Shown here: piece by piece, positions 17,226-25,297 of the stretch | How positions within the stretch are numbered: position 1 is the first letter of the stretch | Layout of the letters: each line of letters begins with the position of its first letter | Notes under the pieces: model-generated | What the model was told of the DNA's origin: nothing | Seen by the model: only the letters and a program-made list of their open reading frames with translations | Databases searched by the model: none | Origin: an uncultured bacterium | Lineage (GTDB): Bacteria > Oederibacteriota > PGYV01 > CAILUR01 | Direction: 5' to 3' | Assembly: GCA_903837445.1 (NCBI GenBank) | Contig: CAILUR010000047.1 | Span: 1 to 32,681, forward strand | Length of the DNA stretch: 32,681 bases | Translations under genes and position numbers: made by a program

Positions 17226-19922
17226 CTAATTATTTAAACTACCTTGTTTCAGCACTATAAGTTTTATTATTGTTTTAGTAGCGTTGTCAGGTTCTACCAC
17301 AAGATAATATACCCCTGCCGCTAAGTTTGTTGGTGCTTTAGCTTTGTTCACTATTATTAAATCTCCATTTTGTTTTAGTGACAATGTATATTGATAGGCA
17401 AGTCTGTAAGCCGCGGTGTAAAGTTTTACCGTGCAGACAGAATTCGAAAGCGCTTTTTTCAACCGCACTGTAATATCTTTTCCTTCATTCCACGGATTAG
17501 GCCAGACCACATCTCGGTCTACAGCTGTAGGAGTTCCCGATGCCCCCTGAGTAGCTGTGACAGTGGCTGTCATAACAGGCGTACTCGTGGCTGATGGTAT
17601 TGAAACAGTACGCGTTATTGTTGGAGTGTTAGTGATAGTCAGCGTTATGGTCGTAGTAAAGGTCACGGTAAATGTATCCGTAGGTGTCGCAGTTTCAGTA
17701 CTCGTCTGCGTTACGGTATCAGTAGAGGTTTCAGTTACCGTCTCTGTATGCGTGAAAGTTGGCGTTGGTGAAACTATAGGAGTATCCGTAGAGGTCGGGG
17801 TTATCGTGGAGGTATTTGTCACAGTAAAAGTAGGTGTGGCTGTGCCTGTCACCGTGGCTGTGCTCGTAATAGTAAAAGTCCCTGTAGGTGTACTGGTCTC
17901 TGTAATAGTGGGAGATGCCGTATGGGTCTGAGTTATAGTCGGCGTGAAAACCGGAGACACGGTAGCCGTAGCGGTCTTTGTAGCAGTTGTAGTATTTGTC
18001 TGTGTAATTGTATTTGTATTTGTAGCAGTTGATGTGCTTGTATTTGTCGCTGTAGTTGTACTTGTCTGCGTACTTGTATTAGACACTGTAGCAGTGGGTG
18101 TGCCTGTCTTTGTCGCTGTAGCAGTATTTGTCTGCGTCCCTGTATTTGAAGCAGTCGCAGTTGGTGTGAAAGTTTTTGTAGGTGTAGCCGTTTTCGTGCT
18201 CGTAAATGTAGGTGTAGTAGTATAAGTTGGTGTGACAGTTGTGGTGGCTGTCTTAGTCGGCATTGTTCCACCATATACCATTATCTCGTCCAGATTCCAG
18301 GTATTATTCAAACTGTTAATTGCCACTCCTGTATTATCTGAAATTGCCCAATTAATTGCTCTCGCATATGGAAGAAGTTGAGTTATACTTGTGAAATTTG
18401 CATTCCCTTGTCCCCAAGATGGTTTTGTAAATAAAGACCACGGGATTGTCATTATGGTGGCAGTGGCAGGCAAAGTTACTTTATATCTCCAATATGACGA
18501 ATCCGTGATATTGCTGGTGACAAGCATTACCAGATAATCTACAGTAGCGCTTTTTGTTCCATACTGCCAAAACTGTATTCCTGTCGTTCCACTAATATTT
18601 ATAGTATTCCCTGAAGCATCCAAATCTGTAGTCACAGCTACTGAAGGCCAGTTTGTATTTCCTTTTATGTCGGCTTTTATTTGCATTCCAAGACCTGTGC
18701 TACCCATTGCATAGGTAGCATTTATAGTGGTGCTTACTGTACAAAATTTACCCACCTGTGTTTCATCCGCCCAAGTAGTCCACGCACCACCGAGGAGATT
18801 TGTCGCCATATCTCCATCTTCAAAATTGTCTATCATAATTGCAGCTGATGGATCCACGGTTGGTGTAAATGTAGCTGTAGCCAATGGAACTACCCCCGCA
18901 CAGCTGGCTGTCCTTATGGCAATAGGAAGATCAGTAGCTCCCTGTCCTTGCCCCAACTGCCATATGGCTATTCCAGGTTGCCCATTTGATTTTGCCCAAG
19001 CTATTTTATCCGTGAACGACTGTGCTGTATTGACATAATATCCGTTAATAATTGCTTCTTTTTTTTCTGCATCATAAGTCCCGCCAGTTCTTGTTATAGT
19101 GTTTTCGGCAATTTCATTGCACGAACTATTCGTAGCATAAAAAGGCAAGCCCATAATATTCTTTGCTCTCAAAAGTCCTTTTGTGTTCATCATCTCTTCC
19201 ATACCATATATTGATTGTTGAATCTTCGAACCAGTTTGAGTAGTTATAGTACCTACGCTTGTATTCTTCAATGGGGCATTCCAATTCTGCCCCGCAGCCG
19301 CTCCGCACCAACCATACCCAGATTGTACCGCATAGTCGCAAGCATTATAAAGTGCTGCCCAATCAAACCCCGCATCTAAGGTAGCTACTGGAGTGTAAAA
19401 AGTAAGTTGTTTTGGCAAACCGTCAAAGCCATTCGGAGAAGCTTTTACTGCTGCGTATAAATCCACCATAAAAGCAGTAAAGTTAGCTTTATCAGCAAGT
19501 GCTGGAACTTCCCAATCAATATCCACACCATCATAATTATTATCATTCATAAATTTCACAATATTGGTAATGAAAGTAGCCCGATAAGTTGCACTACACG
19601 CGCTCGAGAAACCCCAGCTTCCTGTTTGTCCTCCGACCGAGTACATTGCCCTACAGTTATTAATATGTGCCGTAGTTACCAGCGACGCTCCTCTAAGATA
19701 TCCAGCTGTATTCAGCGTTCCATTATTTTGTGGAATTGCGAAGGTATCTATAAGGTGAGAGACTGCCGCATAGTCCACTTGATTAAGATCAAAACTTAAA
19801 AAAGAAGAATCTGGGCAATATCCAAAAACCAACATACATGTATTTCCAGCATACGCCCCAGTTGTCATAAAAAGCGACATAGCCAAAACTATCGCCACTA
19901 TTAATTTCTTTATTTTTTTCAC
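17226..19922 (-). CDS. Secreted GH18 (chitinase-family) glycoside hydrolase with CBM-like domain, Thr-rich stalk and T9SS-like C-terminal domain (paralogue 2)
   Basis: A GTG at 19922 preceded by GAGGTG (4-nt spacer) gives the signal peptide VKKIKKLIVAIVLAMSLFMTTGAYA. The ATG at 19964 lacks an SD. The catalytic motif [10 protein letters not shown] lies at 19509-19532. The central domain starts IMIDNFEDG (CBM11/CIA30-like hallmark). The Thr-rich region spans about 17511-18262. The 94-aa tail reads VVWPNPW...GVYYLVVEP. Confidence 0.8.
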   Translation of the reverse strand: MKKIKKLIVAIVLAMSLFMTTGAYAGNTCMLVFGYCPDSSFLSFDLNQVDYAAVSHLIDTFAIPQNNGTLNTAGYLRGASLVTTAHINNCRAMYSVGGQTGSWGFSSACSATYRATFITNIVKFMNDNNYDGVDIDWEVPALADKANFTAFMVDLYAAVKASPNGFDGLPKQLTFYTPVATLDAGFDWAALYNACDYAVQSGYGWCGAAAGQNWNAPLKNTSVGTITTQTGSKIQQSIYGMEEMMNTKGLLRAKNIMGLPFYATNSSCNEIAENTITRTGGTYDAEKKEAIINGYYVNTAQSFTDKIAWAKSNGQPGIAIWQLGQGQGATDLPIAIRTASCAGVVPLATATFTPTVDPSAAIMIDNFEDGDMATNLLGGAWTTWADETQVGKFCTVSTTINATYAMGSTGLGMQIKADIKGNTNWPSVAVTTDLDASGNTINISGTTGIQFWQYGTKSATVDYLVMLVTSNITDSSYWRYKVTLPATATIMTIPWSLFTKPSWGQGNANFTSITQLLPYARAINWAISDNTGVAINSLNNTWNLDEIMVYGGTMPTKTATTTVTPTYTTTPTFTSTKTATPTKTFTPTATASNTGTQTNTATATKTGTPTATVSNTSTQTSTTTATNTSTSTATNTNTITQTNTTTATKTATATVSPVFTPTITQTHTASPTITETSTPTGTFTITSTATVTGTATPTFTVTNTSTITPTSTDTPIVSPTPTFTHTETVTETSTDTVTQTSTETATPTDTFTVTFTTTITLTITNTPTITRTVSIPSATSTPVMTATVTATQGASGTPTAVDRDVVWPNPWNEGKDITVRLKKALSNSVCTVKLYTAAYRLAYQYTLSLKQNGDLIIVNKAKAPTNLAAGVYYLVVEPDNATKTIIKLIVLKQGSLNN
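17247..17988 (-). repeat. Copy B of the ~750-bp near-identical segment shared by the two GH18 genes (partner at 14421-15168)
   Basis: See copy A. The offset between copies changes from 2826 to 2820 nt across the tract, so only small indels separate them. Confidence 0.8.
17970..18167 (-). repeat. Three imperfect in-frame 22-codon tandem repeats inside the Thr-rich stalk of paralogue 2
   Basis: Units read [22 protein letters not shown] / TPTATVSNTSTQTSTTTATNTS / [22 protein letters not shown]. Confidence 0.55.
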
Positions 19923-19996
19923 AAAACACCTCGTGTCCCTGTAATATTTTGTAATAATTATCATTTTTTATGATAACCCTAAACAAAAGTAAAAAT

Positions 19997-20024
19997 AGTA
20001 TAACACATTCTATATATAAGACAA
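19997..20024 (-). promoter_or_regulatory. Candidate extended -10 sigma70 promoter for the GH18 gene pair
   Basis: The minus strand reads TTGTCT-16 nt-TATACT, with TGT immediately 5' of the -10 (TGnTATACT). It lies about 70 nt upstream of the GTG at 19922. Motif match only. Confidence 0.35.
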
Positions 20025-20255
20025 CTTAGATAGTGAAATGTTTCGGATAAAATCGAGAATATTCAGAATATATATGTGAAATACTGGATTTGGCATTTTT
20101 AATACTTTAGCCCTTTCAGCGAACTTTTCAGTCGCCTATGGAGTACACACCTGCCTTATGGACACCCCAGACTCCTACTCCTGTATTGCTTCAAACTCTA
20201 ACGAACAAAAGTAATAGCAACCCTTTTTACTCCAAACCATTGATTATTTGCTGTT

Positions 20256-21476
20256 TTATTTAATATAATCAACCACGATATGGTTTCCAAAAATATCGTT
20301 ATATGCCATAGATATGCTTGTTACATCGCTCCACGCAATTGTCTGATTCGTCAAAATATGATCCGTGATATCGGTGGTAAAAGTTGGAGAATTGTATAAT
20401 TGTGTAGCAGCACTTCCGTTTATTTCTATTAAAAGTTTATCTATCAGCACCCGCGGGTCTATTGTGGCAGAACCATCGCTAAGCTTATATACCCAATTTA
20501 TCTCGTGTATAGTATCGTCACCATTCAAAATCACTGTAGGCAAAGCAAGCGCCTGATATTTTATGATATTTGATTGATCCGGTACTGCAAATGTCAGAGT
20601 CGTTGAATCATAGGAAGCTATATAATTACCGGCGGGAGGTATTTTTTCTATCCAAGCCATAGTATAACTACTGTTCATAGTACCTATATTATTAATTTCA
20701 CTTGATGTTGACTCAATCCCCGAACCGACTGCCCCCTGCATTCCTATCGTTGCTGGATAAATTCCAGAAGAATTAGCTATCACTACAGTAAGTCTATATC
20801 CTTTTATCGTAACAGGACTATTTATGGTAGGCGTTAAATCTGTTCCGTTAAAAGTACCTCCTGCCACGCCATACATAATAAAATATCTGTAAAAAACATC
20901 TTCCAGAACATCAATAGTGCCGTTTCCATCCACATCAGGATTATTCACCAAAGAAGCAAATGTCCCGTTGCTAAATGCATACGCACTGATATCGCTTGCG
21001 CTAATAGGTATTTCACTGCCTAAAGGATTATGTGAAGGTTCTGCCGCGCTGGCAGTAAAAGACAATGCTCCTAAATTAATTGAGCTCACACCATCTCCCA
21101 AGCTATTTAAAGGCAGCGACTCCACTCCATTACTTAAGGTAAGATATCCCACATAATGATTTGACACATCTGCAAAAACCATTCCTACAGGCTTGTCTTT
21201 ATCCGTGCTAACTTCAAAAGAACCATCCGTAACATTCGAAATTGAATACTGCCCTTCATTATTAAAAACTATAATTTTTGCTACTTCTACCGCCTCAAGT
21301 GAAGATACTCCCGTTGATGAAACATTGTTAAAACTTCCTTTTATTTTTAATTTACTGTCATCAGTTGGTCCCGCTGTCGCCACGGCAGTTGGTGAAGAAC
21401 TCTTCTGACAACCAGACATAAAAACACCAAACACCACAATAAAAATTAAAAGAAATAATAAAATTGGTTTTTTCAT
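20256..21476 (-). CDS. Hypothetical lipoprotein (406 aa) with a single dockerin/EF-hand-like Ca-binding loop
   Basis: GGAGGA lies 5 nt upstream of the ATG. MKKPILLFLLIFIVVFGVFMSGC is a signal peptide plus lipobox. The N-terminal segment KIKGSF...IIVFNNEGQYSISNVTDGSFEVS resembles a carboxypeptidase-regulatory-like beta-sandwich. DVDGNGTIDVLED lies at 20898-20936. I recognise no overall family. Confidence 0.6.
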   Translation of the reverse strand: MKKPILLFLLIFIVVFGVFMSGCQKSSSPTAVATAGPTDDSKLKIKGSFNNVSSTGVSSLEAVEVAKIIVFNNEGQYSISNVTDGSFEVSTDKDKPVGMVFADVSNHYVGYLTLSNGVESLPLNSLGDGVSSINLGALSFTASAAEPSHNPLGSEIPISASDISAYAFSNGTFASLVNNPDVDGNGTIDVLEDVFYRYFIMYGVAGGTFNGTDLTPTINSPVTIKGYRLTVVIANSSGIYPATIGMQGAVGSGIESTSSEINNIGTMNSSYTMAWIEKIPPAGNYIASYDSTTLTFAVPDQSNIIKYQALALPTVILNGDDTIHEINWVYKLSDGSATIDPRVLIDKLLIEINGSAATQLYNSPTFTTDITDHILTNQTIAWSDVTSISMAYNDIFGNHIVVDYIK

Positions 21477-21630
21477 TTTTTATCCTCCTCTATTTTTCAT
21501 CCCACTATTATATTTGAATTTTTTTCGATTTTCCAGAAAAGCATCACAATACAAACATCAATCCCCACCTCAGTCTTTCAATGATATTTGCCTTTGCAGT
21601 AATTAGGAATTAGAAACTATTCCTTTGTTT

Positions 21631-22671
21631 TCAGGGTATTTGAAACCTTATTGCCAGACTCGCGCCGTAGATATCGCTGCCACCCCATTCATATGAAGCG
21701 CCTATGATAAATATAGGAAACTTAAAGTCAAGTCCGCCTATCAGCCGGAAATCTGTGCTTTTAGGAGGTTTTGTATTTGTGCTTTTTGCTTCCACTGTAC
21801 CAGTTGCCTGATCATTTGGATCGCTTACTGGCGACATAGTCACATTGCTTTTTATGCTAAGACCAGCATTATTTACTCCAGAGTTAAGATTTACTCCCAC
21901 TCCTATATATGGATTAAGAAAAAACAAACTTTTATTTAAAATAAATTTCAAACCTAAACTCTGTATATTCCAATCCACATCCGCAGTGACTGTAACATCA
22001 TACCGAGTATCGTATGGTATTGTATTCATAGTATTTTGTTGCGTATTTGAGTTGAGCATTTTAACTCCGATATTGCCTGCATAAGAATCAAAAGAGACAA
22101 GCGAAATCAAACCAAAAATATTTTCTGCTTTGTCCGCTATAATTTCAAATCTGGTTTCCACTCCCCAGGAGTTCATTCCTAATCTCACTTCGGTATCTTC
22201 TTGCTTCAAAGTATAATTAAATCTAAAACCTCTTACTCCTAAATCTGTTTTTATCGGCATAAATGGCAGCCCTGTTTTCAAATGAAAATTAATCGCTGGA
22301 TACGGTAGCTGAAAATTAGAAGGAATTTTATCAAAACTATCTTTTGGCACATATTGCAAGTCCAGAGATTTCAGCCCATCGAGATTAATTTTACTCATTG
22401 TGGCTCCCACCTGTACTCCAAACCCCACTCCTGGAAACTCACATATATTTGCCGTATAATTATTTCCCAGAGTCGCATTAAAAGGCATCATTTTTCCAAA
22501 CTCATTATTTACATAACTTACCAGTTTGTCCATATCGGGTTGGGCTAACACAGTGGCGGCATCAAGGGTCACCATAAAATCATTTAGGTCTGTCTGTGTG
22601 GTGGCAGTCGCATAAGGCACAGCACAAAATAAAAGCAAAGTCGCCAGTAAAACCAGTTTAATCTTTTTCAC
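21631..22671 (-). CDS. Hypothetical secreted protein, possible outer-membrane beta-barrel (346 aa)
   Basis: GTG start at 22671 with GGAGG 6 nt upstream. Signal peptide MKKIKLVLLATLLLFCAVPYATA. It has many short amphipathic strand-like segments rich in G/Y/N. The C-terminus is ...ASLAIRFQIP, so no canonical terminal aromatic residue. I recognise no family. Confidence 0.5.
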   Translation of the reverse strand: MKKIKLVLLATLLLFCAVPYATATTQTDLNDFMVTLDAATVLAQPDMDKLVSYVNNEFGKMMPFNATLGNNYTANICEFPGVGFGVQVGATMSKINLDGLKSLDLQYVPKDSFDKIPSNFQLPYPAINFHLKTGLPFMPIKTDLGVRGFRFNYTLKQEDTEVRLGMNSWGVETRFEIIADKAENIFGLISLVSFDSYAGNIGVKMLNSNTQQNTMNTIPYDTRYDVTVTADVDWNIQSLGLKFILNKSLFFLNPYIGVGVNLNSGVNNAGLSIKSNVTMSPVSDPNDQATGTVEAKSTNTKPPKSTDFRLIGGLDFKFPIFIIGASYEWGGSDIYGASLAIRFQIP

Positions 22672-22868
22672 AAATAACCTCCGTTATAATTTTATTTATA
22701 TTTTAAATCTTCATTTGCAATAAGAGTATATCCCATACGCCCAAAAAGTCAAGAAGCCGCAAAAGTTCTCAGTCGGTATTGTTTTCTTTGCTTTGCTATG
22801 CTATAATTATTTTTGCACTTGGGAGTATATAACTCGTCTAAGCAATTAAACATTTTATTGGGGTGTAA

Positions 22869-24251
22869 ATGAAAATCAAGAACTTTATTAAAACACTTTT
22901 GATAGTTTGTATTTTATGCCTTCCAAGTTTTCTTTTAGCAGATGTTCCAGCAGGCGCTCCGTCCGCAAAAAATATTCTTGTAATTCAAGACAGTAGTTTT
23001 AACTTTACCCAACTCATTCACGAATTAAAAAATGATAGCAATTCCTGTACTACAGGCACAGGCCCTTCTAATATCGTTACCACTATAAACTGTAACTCAG
23101 ATGCGGACTGGCCTGCGAGTCTCGCTGGCTATGATCAGGTGTGGGATTTGCGTTGGAACGGCGCCACTTATACCCTCAACGGAGCTATGGCCACGGCTCT
23201 GCAGGGAGTGCTCAGTAGCGGGGGCGGCGTGTTTATCCTCGGAGAAAATCCTGGTTGGGACAAACCTGGAATAACAGCCTTTGTCAATTCAGTTACCACC
23301 GCTGGAAATTTTAATACTTCTGGAAGTACCACTGGTGGCGGTACCGAAACTGACATTCTTAACGCCAGTGCTTGTACTTCAGCTGAGAATTTTAGTACTG
23401 ACTATCTTAACCTTGCCACCTGCAATGGGGGGACAGTTACCTCTGAGTTCCCTGGTTGGATAAAGGTCGCAGAGCTCGCTGGTGGCTTTGGAGTAATCAC
23501 CAACCCCACAGGAGCTTACGCAATAGGCGTAGCTTTTATTTCATCAGTCCTCAAAGCGCCTTATAATAGCGGAAAACTTTTTGTCTGGTATGATGAACAA
23601 GCTTTTAGACCTCCACACTCCAATTGTGGTGCCAACGCAAGTATGTGTACTGTAAAAAACATAATGGATTTTCTTGTGATAGCCAATACCACTCCCACTA
23701 TCACTCCTACTTTGGTTCCAAATACAGAGACCGCCACACCCACTATCACCAACACAGCCACTCCTACTTTTACGGTAACGGACACCAGCACTGCCACGCA
23801 AACAATGACTGACACTCAAACAATGACTGTCACTCCCACCACTACCTCGACTGATACAAGCACCGTGACTTCTACCATAACGCCTACAGCTTCAGTTACC
23901 CTTACTAATACGCCACTGCCTACTGCCAGTATTACCCCGACCGCCACCGCCACTGTAGCGGATTTTTCTTTGGTATTAATTATCAATTACCCTAATCCTA
24001 CAAGTTCTTCCACTTGGATAGTTTATGACCTGACTCTCGCCTCACAAGTGACTGTGAATATTTTTACCATTAGCGGAGAGAAGCTAGCAGAACTTAAACA
24101 AGATGGTAACGCAGGAAGAAATAAAATATTTTGGGATGGAAAAAACAGAACCGGACAAGAAGCCGCCACTGGCGTTTATATCTATTCTATAGAAGCAGTG
24201 TCTGGCAACAACAAAAAAATGATTATGAGCAAACTGTCTGTAGTAAAATAA
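22869..24251 (+). CDS. Hypothetical secreted protein: orphan Cys-containing N-domain, Thr-rich linker, T9SS/FlgD-Ig-like C-terminal domain
   Basis: Signal peptide MKIKNFIKTLLIVCILCLPSFLLA. The N-domain is about 245 aa with 6 Cys. The Thr-rich linker spans 23688-23957. The tail at 23958-24248 reads NYPNPTSSSTWIVYDL...VNIFTISGEKLAEL...GVYIYSIEA...KLSVVK, matching the pattern of type-A sorting or FlgD-like beta-sandwich domains. Confidence 0.65.
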   Translation: MKIKNFIKTLLIVCILCLPSFLLADVPAGAPSAKNILVIQDSSFNFTQLIHELKNDSNSCTTGTGPSNIVTTINCNSDADWPASLAGYDQVWDLRWNGATYTLNGAMATALQGVLSSGGGVFILGENPGWDKPGITAFVNSVTTAGNFNTSGSTTGGGTETDILNASACTSAENFSTDYLNLATCNGGTVTSEFPGWIKVAELAGGFGVITNPTGAYAIGVAFISSVLKAPYNSGKLFVWYDEQAFRPPHSNCGANASMCTVKNIMDFLVIANTTPTITPTLVPNTETATPTITNTATPTFTVTDTSTATQTMTDTQTMTVTPTTTSTDTSTVTSTITPTASVTLTNTPLPTASITPTATATVADFSLVLIINYPNPTSSSTWIVYDLTLASQVTVNIFTISGEKLAELKQDGNAGRNKIFWDGKNRTGQEAATGVYIYSIEAVSGNNKKMIMSKLSVVK

Positions 24252-24252
24252 A

Positions 24253-25287
24253 TTATTGTATTTCTTTCTTCCCTGCCAATTGCCCGCAAGCCCCAGCGAT
24301 ATCTGAGCCCTTTTCTCTTCTTATAAAAGCCTTTACCCCAGCATCCACAAGCACTTTTTGAAACTTTAAGGTCACTTCTCTGGCTGGTTTATGATAGTCC
24401 TTTTCGCTCACGCTGTTATAAGGAATAAGATTTATTTTATAATCCAGTCCTTTTAAAAGTTTCAAAACTTTTAAAGCATCATCCGGAGAATCATTTAACC
24501 CCTTGAATAAAATATATTCAAACATAACTGGTTCTTTGTGTTTGGCATTGTAATATCTTGCCGCCGCTATCACTTCTTTTAAAGAATATTTTTTTGTTAT
24601 TGGCATAAGTTTATACCGTATGTTGTCATCCGCTGTGATTAAAGATATGGCCAGATTAAATTTATATTCAGAGTCAGCGATTTCTTTTATCACTGGCACT
24701 ATGCCAGCTGTCGACACTGTTATTCGGGTCTGAGAAAAATTATGTCCTTTCGCATCGGACAATATGTCTATCGCTTTTAAAACATTTTCCTTGTTTAAAA
24801 AAGGTTCTCCCATTCCCATAAAAACTATAGAATCAATTTTTCCGCCCGCTTCCGCCTTTGCCGCTTCAAATTCATTTATGATTTCTCCCACAGTCAAGTC
24901 CCTTATAAACCCAAGCTCTCCCGTGGCGCAAAACCTACAGCCCAAGGCACACCCTGCCTGTGAAGAAATACAAAGAGAGACCCTTTCTTCACCAGGTAAA
25001 ATAACGCTTTCTACACAGACGCCATCTTCAAATTCAAAAAGCAGTTTTTTGGTGCCGTCCACTTTGGACTCTTGTTTATCTTTTATATTTATCTTAGATA
25101 TGTAAAATTGTTGTTCCAACATTTCCCTTATGTCTGGCGAAAGATTTTTCATAGCCGCTATCTCTTTCACTTCTTTACGGCGCAACCAATCCCAAATTTG
25201 TCCTGCGCGAAACTTTGGAAAGCCCAAAGAGATAACTCTTTTTTCCACTTCTTTAAACTCTAAATTTTTAAGGTCCTGTTTAGCCAC
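24253..25287 (-). CDS. rlmN: 23S rRNA/tRNA (adenine-C2)-methyltransferase, radical SAM (RlmN family)
   Basis: GTG start at 25287. Contains the radical SAM CxxxCxxC motif (CALGCRFCATG), GMGEPFLN, and the C-terminal catalytic Cys region DIAGACGQL. 344 aa. Confidence 0.9.
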   Translation of the reverse strand: MAKQDLKNLEFKEVEKRVISLGFPKFRAGQIWDWLRRKEVKEIAAMKNLSPDIREMLEQQFYISKINIKDKQESKVDGTKKLLFEFEDGVCVESVILPGEERVSLCISSQAGCALGCRFCATGELGFIRDLTVGEIINEFEAAKAEAGGKIDSIVFMGMGEPFLNKENVLKAIDILSDAKGHNFSQTRITVSTAGIVPVIKEIADSEYKFNLAISLITADDNIRYKLMPITKKYSLKEVIAAARYYNAKHKEPVMFEYILFKGLNDSPDDALKVLKLLKGLDYKINLIPYNSVSEKDYHKPAREVTLKFQKVLVDAGVKAFIRREKGSDIAGACGQLAGKKEIQ

Positions 25288-25297
25288 TTTTTTTCCT

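Noticed and set aside
14685-18262. Periodic GT-rich DNA that could be mistaken for a satellite, a CRISPR-like array or a non-coding tandem repeat.
   Set aside because: The periodicity is 3 nt and in frame with long ORFs. The repeat units are imperfect 66-bp coding units, there are no unique spacers between identical repeats, and no cas genes are present.
17557-18274. Equivalent antisense or off-frame ORFs in paralogue 2 (17557-17931, 17944-18225, 17933-18274).
   Set aside because: Same mirror-frame artefact of the Thr-rich coding repeat.
20138-20263. 41-codon plus-strand ORF (MEYTPALWTPQTPTPVLLQT...) in the 290-bp gap upstream of the GH18 pair.
   Set aside because: It has no SD, overlaps the stop of the minus-strand lipoprotein gene, and has low-complexity composition. 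The gap is better explained as terminator and promoter space for the GH18 genes.
14409-24251. The secretome island as a horizontally acquired mobile element.
   Set aside because: There is no integrase, transposase, flanking direct repeat or adjacent tRNA (the tRNAs are 7.5 kb away with housekeeping genes between). SD usage and base composition look like the rest of the window by eye. A k-mer or GC-skew calculation could revisit this.
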